Shown: positions 52,201 to 64,000 of the stretch, piece by piece
Position numbering within the stretch: the first letter of the stretch is position 1
How the letters are laid out: every line of letters starts with the position of its first letter
Assembly (NCBI RefSeq): GCF_001194135.2
Contig: NC_068985.1
Span: forward strand, 61,006,151-61,070,150
Source of the DNA: Octopus bimaculoides
Taxonomy: Eukaryota
Direction: 5' to 3'
DNA length: 64,000 nt
Program-made: the position numbers and the translations under genes
The notes under the pieces: generated by a model
The model's input: only the letters and a program-made list of their open reading frames with translations
What the model was told of the DNA's origin: nothing
Databases searched by the model: none

Positions 52201-54879
52201 CACCATGCTATCTTTTATAAAGACAGACACATAACTGATCATGTACAAAAAAATTACAATTTTTAAATCTCACAACGAGGGATCATGTTCAACTCTCAAA
52301 CTGAAAGTGTATGAACTATAACAAACATACACAGGTTTACCAAAGAATATTGGTAAATACACAAACACTTTGCTAAATAATTTGTTATGGCCATGTCAGA
52401 AGCTGATCTCAGTACCAAACATTCATCAGACATACAATGCACCTGCTGTTACTACTTATGGTAGTAAACTACACCTCCTCGTGGTACATGTTTGCTGGAA
52501 GATGGCTTGGAGCATAAAGGCAAACAAGAAGATACAGTATAGTTGTAGTGATGAAATATGAACAACCACCTTTTACATAATAAACTATTAGTCTAATTTG
52601 TTGACCAGCTGCATGTGGTGCTTCTCTATATAACATCATCCTGATAAGTTGATTAATAATGAACAGCAACAAAAGGATTTTAATAAAGTCCATGTGAAGT
52701 AAAATCAACAATTACATTCATAATTTAGAAACATGTCTAAAATAACATCTACAAACTATAAATATAATAGTCTAGACTGAACATTAAAGTGGATTTTATC
52801 TAAATAAGATTATTAAAATCTGATGGTGCTGGTGAATAAATGGCAAAAGCATAGAGTAAGAACTCATTAGTCATGCTGGGAACAAGACAATCCCTCTAGT
52901 GCTGGTACCACAGTAAAACACATTGAGTACACTACTATACGAAACAGATGGTGTATGAATGAAGAGAACACAGAGGACTCTTTAGTCTGGTCATGATGAA
53001 ACATACCGAGTACATGCTGTGAAGTGGTTGACAATAAGAAGAGCATTCAACCTCAGAAAATGTAACAGAAATGAGTCATACAAGTGAGATGTGGTTTCTA
53101 ACTCTTCTTATGGGACAGAAACTTGGAATAAAAACTAAGTTAGACTGCAACAACCTGTTCAATCCATGTGGAAGAGGAACTATAGCTCAGTGGTTAATCC
53201 ATAAGTAGTTTATTTCAGATCTCAAGAAATATATTGTCTGTTGTACTTTAATAGAAAATCATTATCATCTTCATCACCTTGATATTTATTTTACATTTTT
53301 TTTATTGCCTAAAGTCACTTATAAAGTCTGCTTTTTTTATGTTTTTACTAGCAAGGTCTGTGGAGGAAGGGGCAGTGACAGTGGCCTTTACAGACCCTCT
53401 TCAAATGATGTAACTGATGTCTTTAATGTTGTAAGGCAATGGCATTCTGGTGAGGAGAGATAGGGCTTGGGTAGGTAACATAAAATGGATGAAGGAAGGT
53501 GGAAAGACAAGTGGGCCAAGGACACGTGAGTGAAGGTAGTGTGTGACTAACCATATAGGTGAAGCAGAGGCCATTACTGTAGTGACAGAAAAGAGAGAAG
53601 ACAATATATATGTGGGCCAGAGGCTGGAATGTGTTGGTGTGTGACTTTATACCAATGAATGCAACATGTGCAATAGAAGGGAAAAGAAATTTATTACTGT
53701 TGTTTATACCCAAAGCTATGCCCATTTTTTCTAGTAGGTCTATGATCAAAGGAATTTCAACAGTAACCACCTCTTATTTGTTATCCACACACCCTGCATC
53801 TACATTATCCAAAATGTCTTTCCTTCTTTTTCTTTTTAGCTATCTTTTATGGGAGATCTGGTTGCTATTTCTGGCAGGCAAGTGACTACATAAAACTCCT
53901 CTATGGCTTGTTGCTTTTATTTGGTGGGGCTGTTTAGCCCCCGGTCCTTTGATCTAGCAGACCTATGATGTCTTCAGCTCTGCTTGAGCTTCTTCAACTG
54001 TAACCATTCCATCTTTTTTTGAAACATAGTAACTAACTACATTATCCAATATAACATTCCAATGTATCATTATCCAATGTAACATGGATGGGTACAATTT
54101 GAGGGATATTTAGCTGCTGTTTCTAACAGGTTGAACAACCGCACAGAAGATTCTTCTCTTTTTTCACTAAATATTAATTAATTTCACAACAATGTTCTAA
54201 AACTATAATTTCAATGAATAAATGAACTAATAGTGGATCTGCAGATGGATGAATCAACAGGGTCCAAGTGGAAGGGTTAGGGGTTCATATCCTGATATTG
54301 GCATCATAGTGACATCATGACAAAGACCAAAAGAATGATATTGACCACATCTCTATACCTTGACAGTAAACAGTCGGTGATTCTCACATGTAATAATGGA
54401 AGGCTTGAGGTTTGAATTTTGATAGCTACACAAAATATATCCTAACATTTAATATAATACTATATATTGATGTGAAATTCAATAAATATAAATACTGACA
54501 TATATGGGAATTGTGGAAAATAAAATCTAAAATAGAATTAGTTCTTGATAGCTAGACAACGTAGAAGATAGACAAATGTCTTCTGTTATAGCTCTAGATT
54601 GACCAAAGCCTTGTAAGTGAATTTGGTAGAGATAAAAGGAGCCTGTCTATGTGTCATCATCATTTAACATCCATGTTCCATGCTGGCACAGGCTAGACAG
54701 TTTGACAGGATCCAATGGACCCGAGGACTGTATTGTGCACATGTCTGCAGATGTCCCTCCTAATATCAACCACTTTATAGCGTGTATGTGTGTGTGTGAG
54801 AGAGAGAGAGACAGACACACACACACACACACACACATGTATAAATATATCCTCTGGGCCACTTCTATTACATTCACTT

Positions 54880-55270
54880 TTCTGTAACTTGAAAGTATGC
54901 TCTGACACCTCTTCACCACTATCTTCTCTCCTTTTCCAGATGAAGTAGCCATGTATCACTTCTACTGCAACACACCTGTTTCTGACCTTCTGTCATATTT
55001 TAACCAATCATCAGCTGGTGTAAAGTCACCTCCCTCAATAACATCCACTAACTCAATTGAGGAGTCTTGTCATGCAAGTTACTTAGTGATTTTATTAGAG
55101 CCTGTGTCACAAAATGCAGCCAGTACACTCTGTGAAATGGTTGGTGTTAGGAAGGGTATCCAGCTAAAGAAATTGTATCAAAGCAGATATTTGAGCTTGA
55201 TGCAGTCCTCTGGTTCACCAGCTCCTGTCAAACTGTCCAACCAATGCCAGATATTAATCAATGATAATGA
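54880..55270 (+). mobile_element. RTE 3' UTR and tail fragment
   Basis: CT-rich tract then cagtacactctgtgaaatggttggtgttaggaagggtatccagct...; the same module as 3240-4117. Confidence 0.62.
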
Positions 55271-58200
55271 GGATATTTATAGGTATGTGTGTGTTGTTGT
55301 CTCCTTGTCTTCACATCACATAATGGTTAAAAGTGAGACTCACTATCATACAAGCAGCGTTCTTTGTTTCCAATCCACCATGAAAACAATTCTAGGAGGA
55401 AATATTAATTTGCTTGGAAACAAGGGTTGATTGGCAACATGAAGGGTGTCCAGTCATTAGAAATCTGCCTCAACAAATTGTCCAACTCATGTGAACATAA
55501 AAAAGTGGACATTAAGATGATGATAACTACATAATAAAAATATAATTGTCAAATTAGTTGACAGGTAACTTAGGGGAGGTAACTGAGGCCTTGGAAAACC
55601 AAGAGAGAAGTAAATCTGTAGCAGATTTAACAAAAGGTAGCAGGTGTTTCAGCTACTCAGAAATCTTTTTCAGTTTGTGTGGGTGGAAATGTGTTAGACA
55701 ATATTTTTGCATAAATTGGGGAAATTAAGTTTTTAAATTAATTTGTTTTTCATGTGAAAAATCAAGTAGAGGATATTTTTGTTTTGTGAACTCAATATTT
55801 CAGGGTTAAATAAATGAAATCTAATAAAGCAACACTAAACAGTTGTCATGTGAAATGAAATAGGTTATACTTAAAACCTTTCATTTATTTACTTTATGAA
55901 AAGTAAAGAGCTGACAGTGTTGGATGATGAACTGGTGTTGATAACAACTTCCCATCAGCTGTTTCACATTAGAGTTTTAATGGCTCATTACTTCAATTCT
56001 TAACGAGGGGAAATAAGACAGATGTTACAAGTAATTAATTGACATTTGTTCATCATTGAAAAAAGATTCACATAGAATTTTTTATTATTTTATTTTAGAC
56101 AACATGAAACAAAAATAAAAACAAAGAACCAACTCCAGCAAAGGCGGTTGATTTCATAAAAAAGAAAAACCCAGCTAAGTCAAAATCATCTTCAAATTAC
56201 ATCCTATTGTCTTGAAAAGGGAAGCGCATACTGGGTAATATAGTTGTAATGTTTGGGAAAAAGACAACATGGTCATAGTTTGATAATTTTTGACCATTGA
56301 TCAGCTCAGTCAGACCTGATTTGGAGATAATCAACAAGTCTTCTACAACTGAGGCATCATCCTGATTCTTTCATACTCAACAATTATCTGTCTCTATAAG
56401 TGTGAAGTCTGATCAACAGTCATATTTTTGTTATTATATCTCTGCAATAAATAGTTGGCTGTGCTCCATTTTAACCAATACACAAAATGACAACCAGCTC
56501 CTAATTGATTCTTGGTCTACCAACTTCTCAAACTCCTTAAAAGTGAACTATTTTTTAATGTCCATGTAACAATAATGTATCGTTAAAGGCTGTACAAAAG
56601 CCTGAACAACTGTCAATCACCAGTTCAATAATTTTCTCAGTTCCCTCCTTTTCCATTCTCCTCTAACTCTAACGGAAATGTTACTTCTCTTATTTTTGAT
56701 TTCTAAAATGCACCCAAGTCCTTACATTTTAGGAGGAAAGGAATAATAAATTACATTGAATCAGACCTCTATAAATTTTAAAGAAGAATGAAAAGCAAAG
56801 CTGATGTTGACAGGATTTGAACTCAGAATATTTGGAGCAGATTCTCTATCTTCTCAATGGCTTTTTACCAATAGCAATTACTCAACTGTGATTGAATCAA
56901 TGAAAAAAAACTTTACGTAGTTGTTGAAATTGCTAGAAATAGCAGTCAAATTCACTGAAATCATACCTTAATTCCTTGACAAGAGAGGAATACATGAAAC
57001 AAAATATTCCTAGATACAGAAAAATTATGAGACGGTCAAGGCTGGAATGCCTTTATAGCCCTGACTCAATCAGAGATAATTAGAGCCAAACAACATTTCA
57101 TCGCTGAGGGAAATGATTTCTATTTTTCAGCTCATTTAAATGCAATAACTACACACCCTACTACTAATAGGTACCATCATCATCACCACCATTTTAAAGT
57201 GTACTTTTCCATGCTTACAGAAGATTTCATTGAGGCAGAATTTTCTATGACCAGATGCCTTTCTTGTTAGCAACCCTCCTGATTTTAAACAAGACAACAA
57301 ATCTCCCAGACTATCAAACAATGAACAACCTTGACATGTTTTTCTAGAGATCTGCAAACACACACAACCACCTTTTCAATCAGTATACACATCAAGACAA
57401 TGAGAATATGCACTCAGTCACTTACGTACACATACACACCTATGCACAGACAGACATATTTTGAAAACATTCCTAATAAAATGACATGTCAAATAAAACT
57501 CTTTTTTTACTATATCATCATCATCATCATTAAACATCCACTTTTCCATGCTTGCATGGGTCAGACAGAGTTTTTGAGGCAGATTTTCTAAGACCAGATG
57601 TCCTTTCTATGGTCAACCCTCACCTGTTTACAAGTAAACAAATTTTCCTGAAGTTAGCTGTGTTTTACAGGGAAAACTTGAAACAAACAACCTTGCTTGT
57701 ATGATGATGCTCATATACACCTATCACGTAATTCCAAGAGAAGGGTACACACACAAACAACACATACATATACATATATATGATGGGCTTCTTTCAATTT
57801 CCATCAACCAAATTCACTCACTAGTCTTTAGTTAACCTGAGGCTATAGTAGAAGGCACTTGCCCGAGATACCATACAGTGAGACTGAACCCAACACCACA
57901 TGGTTAGGAAGCAAGCAACTTAATCACACAGCCACACCCATATCTATATGTAATTATAATAATTATTATCAAAAATGATTTGGTTGTGAACATTTGGGAG
58001 TGTAATTCAAATGGCCATAGAAAAAATAAAGTTTCTGAAATATCAATGATATTTTCTATAACACTGTGTAACAAGATTAAAATTTTTTTTATTTTTGGTC
58101 AGTCCTATTTGCTTCTATCTACAAATCAAAGGAAATGACTACTATTCCTTTCAAACTTTGCCTCCGTGACCCTTTAAACTTTGCTTATGTAACCAAACAG

Positions 58201-58694
58201 ATTCAGTGCTAAGTTGCTGAAGCAGAAATATCATTACAGCAAATATTCTGCTCAATATTTGTTTGTCAGTTGCTTGATCATAATCACTTGAGCATGTCCC
58301 TTAGTGGCTGACAATATGTGTAATTCTGATCATGAGCAGGAGTAGTAGGGAGCATCATAGCTGTGTGTTGAAAGGGATTCTTTAGAGTTTGAATAAATGT
58401 AACAAACACAAAGTCTGAAGAAAATATTAGCCATTTTTCATACTTTCTAGGAGTAAGCAAATAGGAAATAACAGTTGCTACCCAAGGACAAAAATTGAGT
58501 TGCACAGTGTTATCTGTCTTTTCTAATAGGTTTTGCTCTCAGCATTAAAGTCATTACAGTCAATTATAAACTTTATGCAATATCATACCTGTTATTGCTA
58601 TTGCACTGAAGTAATGAAAAACTGGAGCTAACATTATGTAAAAATTTGAGCTCAAAAATCTACAGGTATTTCATTTTGTGCCTTAGTATAAAAA

Positions 58695-58695
<1 letters not shown>

Positions 58696-58728
<33 letters not shown>

Positions 58729-58860
58729 GGGGGGGGAGGGAGAGGTAGAGAGAGAGAGAGAGANNNNNNNNNNGGGGGGGGGAGGGAGAGGTAGAGAGAG
58801 AGAGAGAGAGAGAGAGAGATAAAGAGAGAGAGAGATAAAGAGAGAGAGAGAATGTGTGTG
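58696..58860. repeat. (TG)n/(GA)n microsatellite with a 10 N gap and duplicated flanks
   Basis: gggggggagggagaggtagagag appears on both sides of N58764-58773, probably an assembly overlap. Confidence 0.85.
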
Positions 58861-59624
58861 TACACAGGCTTCTTCCAGTTTCTTTCTACCAATTTCATTC
58901 ACAAGGTATTGGTCAAGCTGCAGCTACAGAAGAAGACACTAGCCAACAGTGTTCATTGAGTGAGACTAACCACACATCCATACCTGTGCCTATTAAATGT
59001 AAGAATTAATGCTTAAAATTACTAATTAAAAAAAAAAATTAGTGAGGAAACTCCTCGAAGCTCTGAAACTAAAGTTCAAAGAACAGAGAAAACTGAAAGA
59101 AGAATAGAGAGTAAAAATGTTTACTTACTATTTTATTTGGCCCAATATGTTGTTTTACAGTAGTTTTTGAAGAAATTGAATTCATTTTGCTTGTAGATTA
59201 CTGGTAAGAAAAATATATCACATATTTCTTTGTATCTGGAAAAGAAGGAAATATTTAATTGATTTTCTTAAATTGATTTATTGAAGAGAAAATATTTAGT
59301 AAGAATAAAATAAAATGCCAAAATATTTAATTTCTTCACAGTCACCTCTGTCATGACTATTACTGCTGTCATTTTCACATCCAGTTTTCCATTTAGCATG
59401 GATTGCATTGGTTCATCATTGGTTCATCAAATCAGCTTTTATCCAAAGCTAATGCCCTCCCAGACAAGGTGAGGCCCTGATCTAGCTTATACATTTCATT
59501 TTTAACATGTTTTCTATGGTTGGATGCCATTCCTATCACCAACCACTTTATGAAATGAACTAGGAGCAACACAAGGAAGGTTGTCATGTCCTTGGCAAGG
59601 CTCATGGGTCATTCTCATCAACAT

Positions 59625-59819
59625 CATTAGAATTAGCAGGTCAGATAAAATGCTAAGCACTATCTCTTCCAGCTCTTTACATCCTGAGTTCAAATTCCAT
59701 CACGGTCAACTTTACTTTTCATCCTTTCAAGGTTAATAAAATAAGTACCAGTTGAACATGGATTGATATAATCAACTCACTCCTCCACAAAAATTGCTGG
59801 CTTTGTGCCAAAATTTTAA

Positions 59820-59872
<53 letters not shown>

Positions 59873-60098
59873 GGCAGTGAGCTGGCAGAGTTGTTAGAAT
59901 GCAGGGCAAAATGCTTAGCAATATTTCATCCACCTCTGAACTTTACTTTCTGAGTTCAAATTCTGCCAAGGTTAACTTTGCCTTTCATCCTTTTGGGGTT
60001 GATAAAATAAGTACCAGTTGAGTATTATAGTCAATATAATTGACTTAGCCCTTCCCCAGAAATTGCTGGCGTTGTGCCAAAATTTGACACCATCATCA

Positions 60099-60151
<53 letters not shown>

Positions 60152-60200
60152 TGCCCTCCACTAAAATTGCTGGCCTTGTACCTAAATTTAAAACCATCAT
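59625..60200 (+). repeat. Two full and one partial family-A SINE copies separated by long (ATT)n tracts
   Basis: Units at about 59625-59820, 59870-60090 and 60135-60200. Confidence 0.82.
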
Positions 60201-62997
60201 CACCTTTAATATTATTATTGTACTCAACCAGTAATACAATGTGATTAGAGGAAAGTCAGCTTTCACATGCTATAGAGGGTTGGTGGAGGACATATCAATG
60301 GCCTGAGAGTGATTCTGATCATTAACAAGAAGAGTCTGAGTAGACTTTTATTATTTTCAGTTTGGTCATTATGGACAGTTTCCAAAAGTCCTTGGCCTGG
60401 CATTATCTCACAACACTGTTTGATAACCAGTGTTGGTGTGTTTAAGACCCCATAACTTGGTGGTTCAGTAAAAGAAATAATAGGCTTAAACAAAAAAAGT
60501 TACTGAGATTGATTCATTTGACTAAAATTCTTCAATGTGGTGTCCCAGCATGACAGGGACTAGTAAAACATAGAAGATATATATTATCATCTTAATGACT
60601 ACAAGCATCAGATAAGACTACATTTAGTCATTGTTTTCAATGACTTGTTTCAAAGTAAGGTAATAATTTTCCAGTTTACAGAACACCAACCAGCTTGGAC
60701 ATACTTATGTGGAAAACTGGAAATAAATGACACTGCTCAAATGAGTTGATTGCTTACAAAGATCATGTAACATGAAGCTAGAACATGCTTTTGCAGTAAA
60801 CTGCAAGGAAATGTTACTGTCTGTATGAAAAGTAAGGCTTTTGTTTAGAGCCAGTGAACACATAAAAATGAAGGGAAACATTCACTGACTTTCAATATAT
60901 AGTCTTTAACTAGTTCCAGTCACTGGTGTGTGGTCATACTGGGGCACTGCATTCAAAGATTTTAATTCATTGTATTGATTCTAGGACTTTGTTTAGTACT
61001 TATTTTATATTTGGGGAGAGGAAAAACAAAGTGGGTGGGATTTGAACTTAGCTATAAGGGAACATAAACAAATAACATGAGGTATTCTCTTCTGAACTCT
61101 ACATATTATTGATATATTTTTTAACTTATAAATGTCTGCCGTAGAACTCAGAGTTTAATATGTATAGTTTCACAACACAATCTTGAGGAGAACCCACTGA
61201 CCCTTAGAATTACAGATAAGTCTGTGATTACATATTATGTTTACAGTGACATCTGTCAATTCTGAACTCGAATCTAGCCAGAGTCCACTTTAACTTTCAA
61301 AAAGTAATACCAATAATATATTGTTTCAATTAGTACAGTCTCTTCCACAAAAATGGCTTTCTCCAAGTAATCCTTATTATCTACAAGAATTATAAACTGT
61401 TGGCTAACAAGTAATTTTAGAATCCATATATGTTCCATGACCTCATTGAATAGCAAACCAATAACTATGATGCATCCACATATATTTGAGAGGTGATGCT
61501 TTCTGAGACATGTGAGAGGATTTTGTTTCATTGACATTTCATTATTCTATGGTTCAATGCTCTTCTTAACACCAACCACTTTACACAGGCATAGGGAGGG
61601 GGTTCTTCATGATGCCATGTCTTTGACAAGACTAAAAGGTCCTCACAACCCTATGCTTAAGAGAGTGTAGTGAGGGCATATTGAGTTAAGTATGCATATT
61701 CAAGACACACAAATAAGATGGCAGAGAAGTAACAGAGGCTTCTGTAAATCAAAGGATAAAATTATGATAGCAGGCTGGGATAGAGGGAATGAATTCCATT
61801 TTAGCTAGCAGCTGAAATCTTCCTATATATTTTTTCCTCTAATACAGCACCAAACTACAAACTAAAACCAATGTTACAAAAATAATCATGGCCAAACTTT
61901 AATCATAATGAGACTGGCAATATATAAAAAAAAGGATTTCCCAGTAGTTATAGATTTTTGTTAGGGTTAACCCCAAGTATCTCTGCTTAAGCAGACCTTT
62001 GGCAGGGTGTTTGACAATCAAATGATTTGGGGCCATCCAAGCGCATTACCCCAGATATGATTTTATTGAGACTTAGAAACCATGTCAAGAAGTGTAATAG
62101 TTGTATGAGTCAGCACTGAAATCATCTTCATTTAGGTTGTATATTGTACTTTAAGTCCAGAGTTTTACAGGATGGCATTGAGAGATATGGCTGCTGTCAT
62201 TGGTCCATTAAACAACTACGTAAGCCCCTATGAGGAGTGGGTGGGTGAAAGGTGTGGTTGAGGATAGGGTTTGTCATACATAAAGAAAAATTATATTCTT
62301 GTTCCATAAAGAATAAGAATCCTGTTGTAGTAATAGTAAATCAGCGGGAGATTCAAAAAGAAGGAAAACCACTGTAGAGTTCTAAGAGATTCAAGAACAT
62401 GGCTGAACTGTTTACAAGAAGCAAGTTACTGTTTTGTGTTTTTAGGCCGATGTATATGCTTAGTGGAGAAAGCTGGAAGCTGGTCTGGTTGCATGCTTCA
62501 ACTCTAACAATAAACAAAACTTCCTTTCTTGCTAAATCTGACCCCCTACCCCCTTTAACTCAAACTGGGGTGAGAGGAATGAGATTATAGAATCTCACCA
62601 AAGAAAAAAAAATTCCTTTTCAAAACAGACTTTATGTAAAGAACAACTTGAGTTTCACTTAAGCGTGTCTTAGACACAGTTCTATTGCAAAAATTTAACT
62701 GGGTTCCTCTAAAAAAGTCAGCTTACTTACTATAAGCAACAAACTTATAATGAAATGGCCGATATGTAGCTACTCTATGCCAGGGACTTTATTTTCACCT
62801 CAACACACCTACTCTCTACAACAAATAACTCTGACATGTGTTTCCTTCATTATATAACCTAGATGAAGGAGAACAAACCATCAGAGCAGAACATTACTGA
62901 AATTTACTTTTCACTCTTTCACAATGTTAACAGAAATAACATTTAGCTCTCCCTCTCTCTCTCTCTCGGGAAGAGAGAGCTAAATGGAAGGTGTGTA

Positions 62998-63050
<53 letters not shown>

Positions 63051-63078
63051 AAATATATATAGATATATTATGTATATA

Positions 63079-63110
<32 letters not shown>

Positions 63111-63143
63111 GATATATTATGTATATATATATGTGAATATATA

Positions 63144-63229
63144 NNNNNNNNNNNNNNNNNNNNNNNNNNNNNNNNNNNNNNNNNNNNNNNNNNNNNNNNN
63201 NNNNNNNNNNNNNNNNNNNNNNNNNNNNN
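63144..63229. other. Assembly gap (86 N) in a TA-rich microsatellite
   Basis: N run. Confidence 0.97.
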
Positions 63230-63376
63230 TATATATATATATATATATATATATGTAATTAAAACATAGAGTAAAAAATCAGATATTAATTAATATTGAT
63301 TTATTACCAGGAAGCTAGCACATTTAAAGAATCAGAGAGATTCAGAAAAAATATCTGAGATCTTAGGGGATTAAAG

Positions 63377-63598
63377 TATATGTTCATATATAACGATGAC
63401 CACTAAAGTGGACATTTAATGTGCTAGAAATAGATCATATGTTTTAGTTATGTAATTTTCACTGTCTTGCCCGCATACGGTTTGGTATTTCGCTGAATTT
63501 CTTTTGAGAAGCATTAGGTCTTAGTAGACACAACATGTGATCTACTTCTAGCACATTAAATGTCCACTTTAGTGGTCATCGTTATATATAAACATATA
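63377..63598. repeat. Inverted repeat: 67 bp arms (3 mismatches), 88 bp spacer
   Basis: 63377-63443 pairs with 63532-63598 (tatatgttcatatataacgatgaccactaaagtggacatttaatgtgctagaaatagatcatatgtt). Confidence 0.93.
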
Positions 63599-63611
63599 TA
63601 TATATATGTAT

Positions 63612-63785
63612 ATAGATCGCTAGCCACTACACATTCTTTTTCTCTCCTTGTTTCTTTCTGTGGAAGAGCATAGGCTCGAAACGTTAAAGAATTTTTCACT
63701 TCCCAAGCATTATACTAATACATTTGTTTGTTGTCTACACCACCTGTCTTCATCTTTTGTTTTTTTGTGAATTCTCCCTATATAT
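63612..63785 (+). mobile_element. Putative Penelope-like terminal repeat remnant
   Basis: Contains the gaagagc..gctcgaaacgt motif with hammerhead-like topology, followed by a T-rich tract; lies next to an inverted repeat. Assignment is by resemblance only. Confidence 0.5.
63652..63691 (+). ncRNA. Degenerate minimal hammerhead-ribozyme-like fold (A6 position mutated)
   Basis: Stem I ttcttt/aaagaa; core ctgtgga; stem II gagc-atag-gctc; gaaa; palindromic acgt; candidate cleavage base T63685. Confidence 0.45.
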
Positions 63786-63837
63786 GTATCTATATATGTA
63801 TATTGAAAAAAAGTCATCAGAATTTTGGAAAAACTTT

Positions 63838-64000
63838 TTTTATTATATCTTCATTTTCATATTAATGCTTTCGTTCGTCTTTTGAACTTGTCAAATACAA
63901 TTCTGTGAATATACAAGATATCGGTATATTCACAGAATTGTATTTGACAAGTTCGAAAGATGAACAAAAGCATTAATATGAAAATGAAGATATAATAAAA
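63838..64000. repeat. Long near-perfect palindrome: 77 bp arms (3 mismatches), 9 nt loop; may extend beyond the window
   Basis: 63838-63914 pairs with 63924-64000; loop aagatatcg. Confidence 0.95.

Noticed and set aside
54951-55430. 159 aa plus-strand ORF
   Set aside because: It runs through RTE UTR/tail and family-D SINE sequence and has no protein-family motif.
58720-58800. Duplicated G/GA block around the 10 N gap
   Set aside because: Typical contig-overlap artefact.
62715-62740. Minus-strand GTAAGT as donor of the missing upstream PHLDB exon
   Set aside because: Poor exon-side consensus and no recognisable coding sequence or ATG; the first exon could not be located.
62941-62985. Small 11 bp-stem hairpin (atttagctctc / gagagctaaat)
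   Set aside because: Built on CT/GA microsatellite complementarity; too short to interpret.

Overview
AT-rich, microsatellite- and SINE-dense eukaryotic DNA with four N gaps. The repeat families suggest a coleoid cephalopod, probably Octopus (inference from recalled repeat families, not a database search). The only host gene I can support is a minus-strand PHLDB/LL5 (PHLDB1-like) gene, seen as two FHA-region exons with canonical splice sites (36834-36954 and 26262-26444). No further exons were recognisable, so most of the window is probably intron. The rest is a layered transposon record: (1) a complete decayed Tc1-type element with a DD37E (TRT-like) transposase at 9-1597; (2) an RTE LINE split by a complete Mag-like Gypsy LTR element with a GTTAT target-site duplication (TSD); (3) a CR1/L2 fragment; (4) a 6.5 kb Mutator (MULE)-bounded complex between the two exons, holding a piggyBac-type MITE and two fused restriction-like-endonuclease (RLE) retrotransposon fragments, one HERO-like and one resembling microsporidian elements; (5) a hAT MITE; (6) a near-full-length RTE LINE; (7) head-to-tail SINE arrays. 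Structured oddities include a perfect duplication/inversion hairpin near 20 kb, a degenerate minimal hammerhead-ribozyme fold near 63.7 kb and a 163 bp palindrome at the window end. Coordinates of exons, LTRs, TIRs, TSDs and hairpins were counted by hand; boundaries of degenerate repeats are approximate. No prokaryotic-type system or CRISPR array is present.
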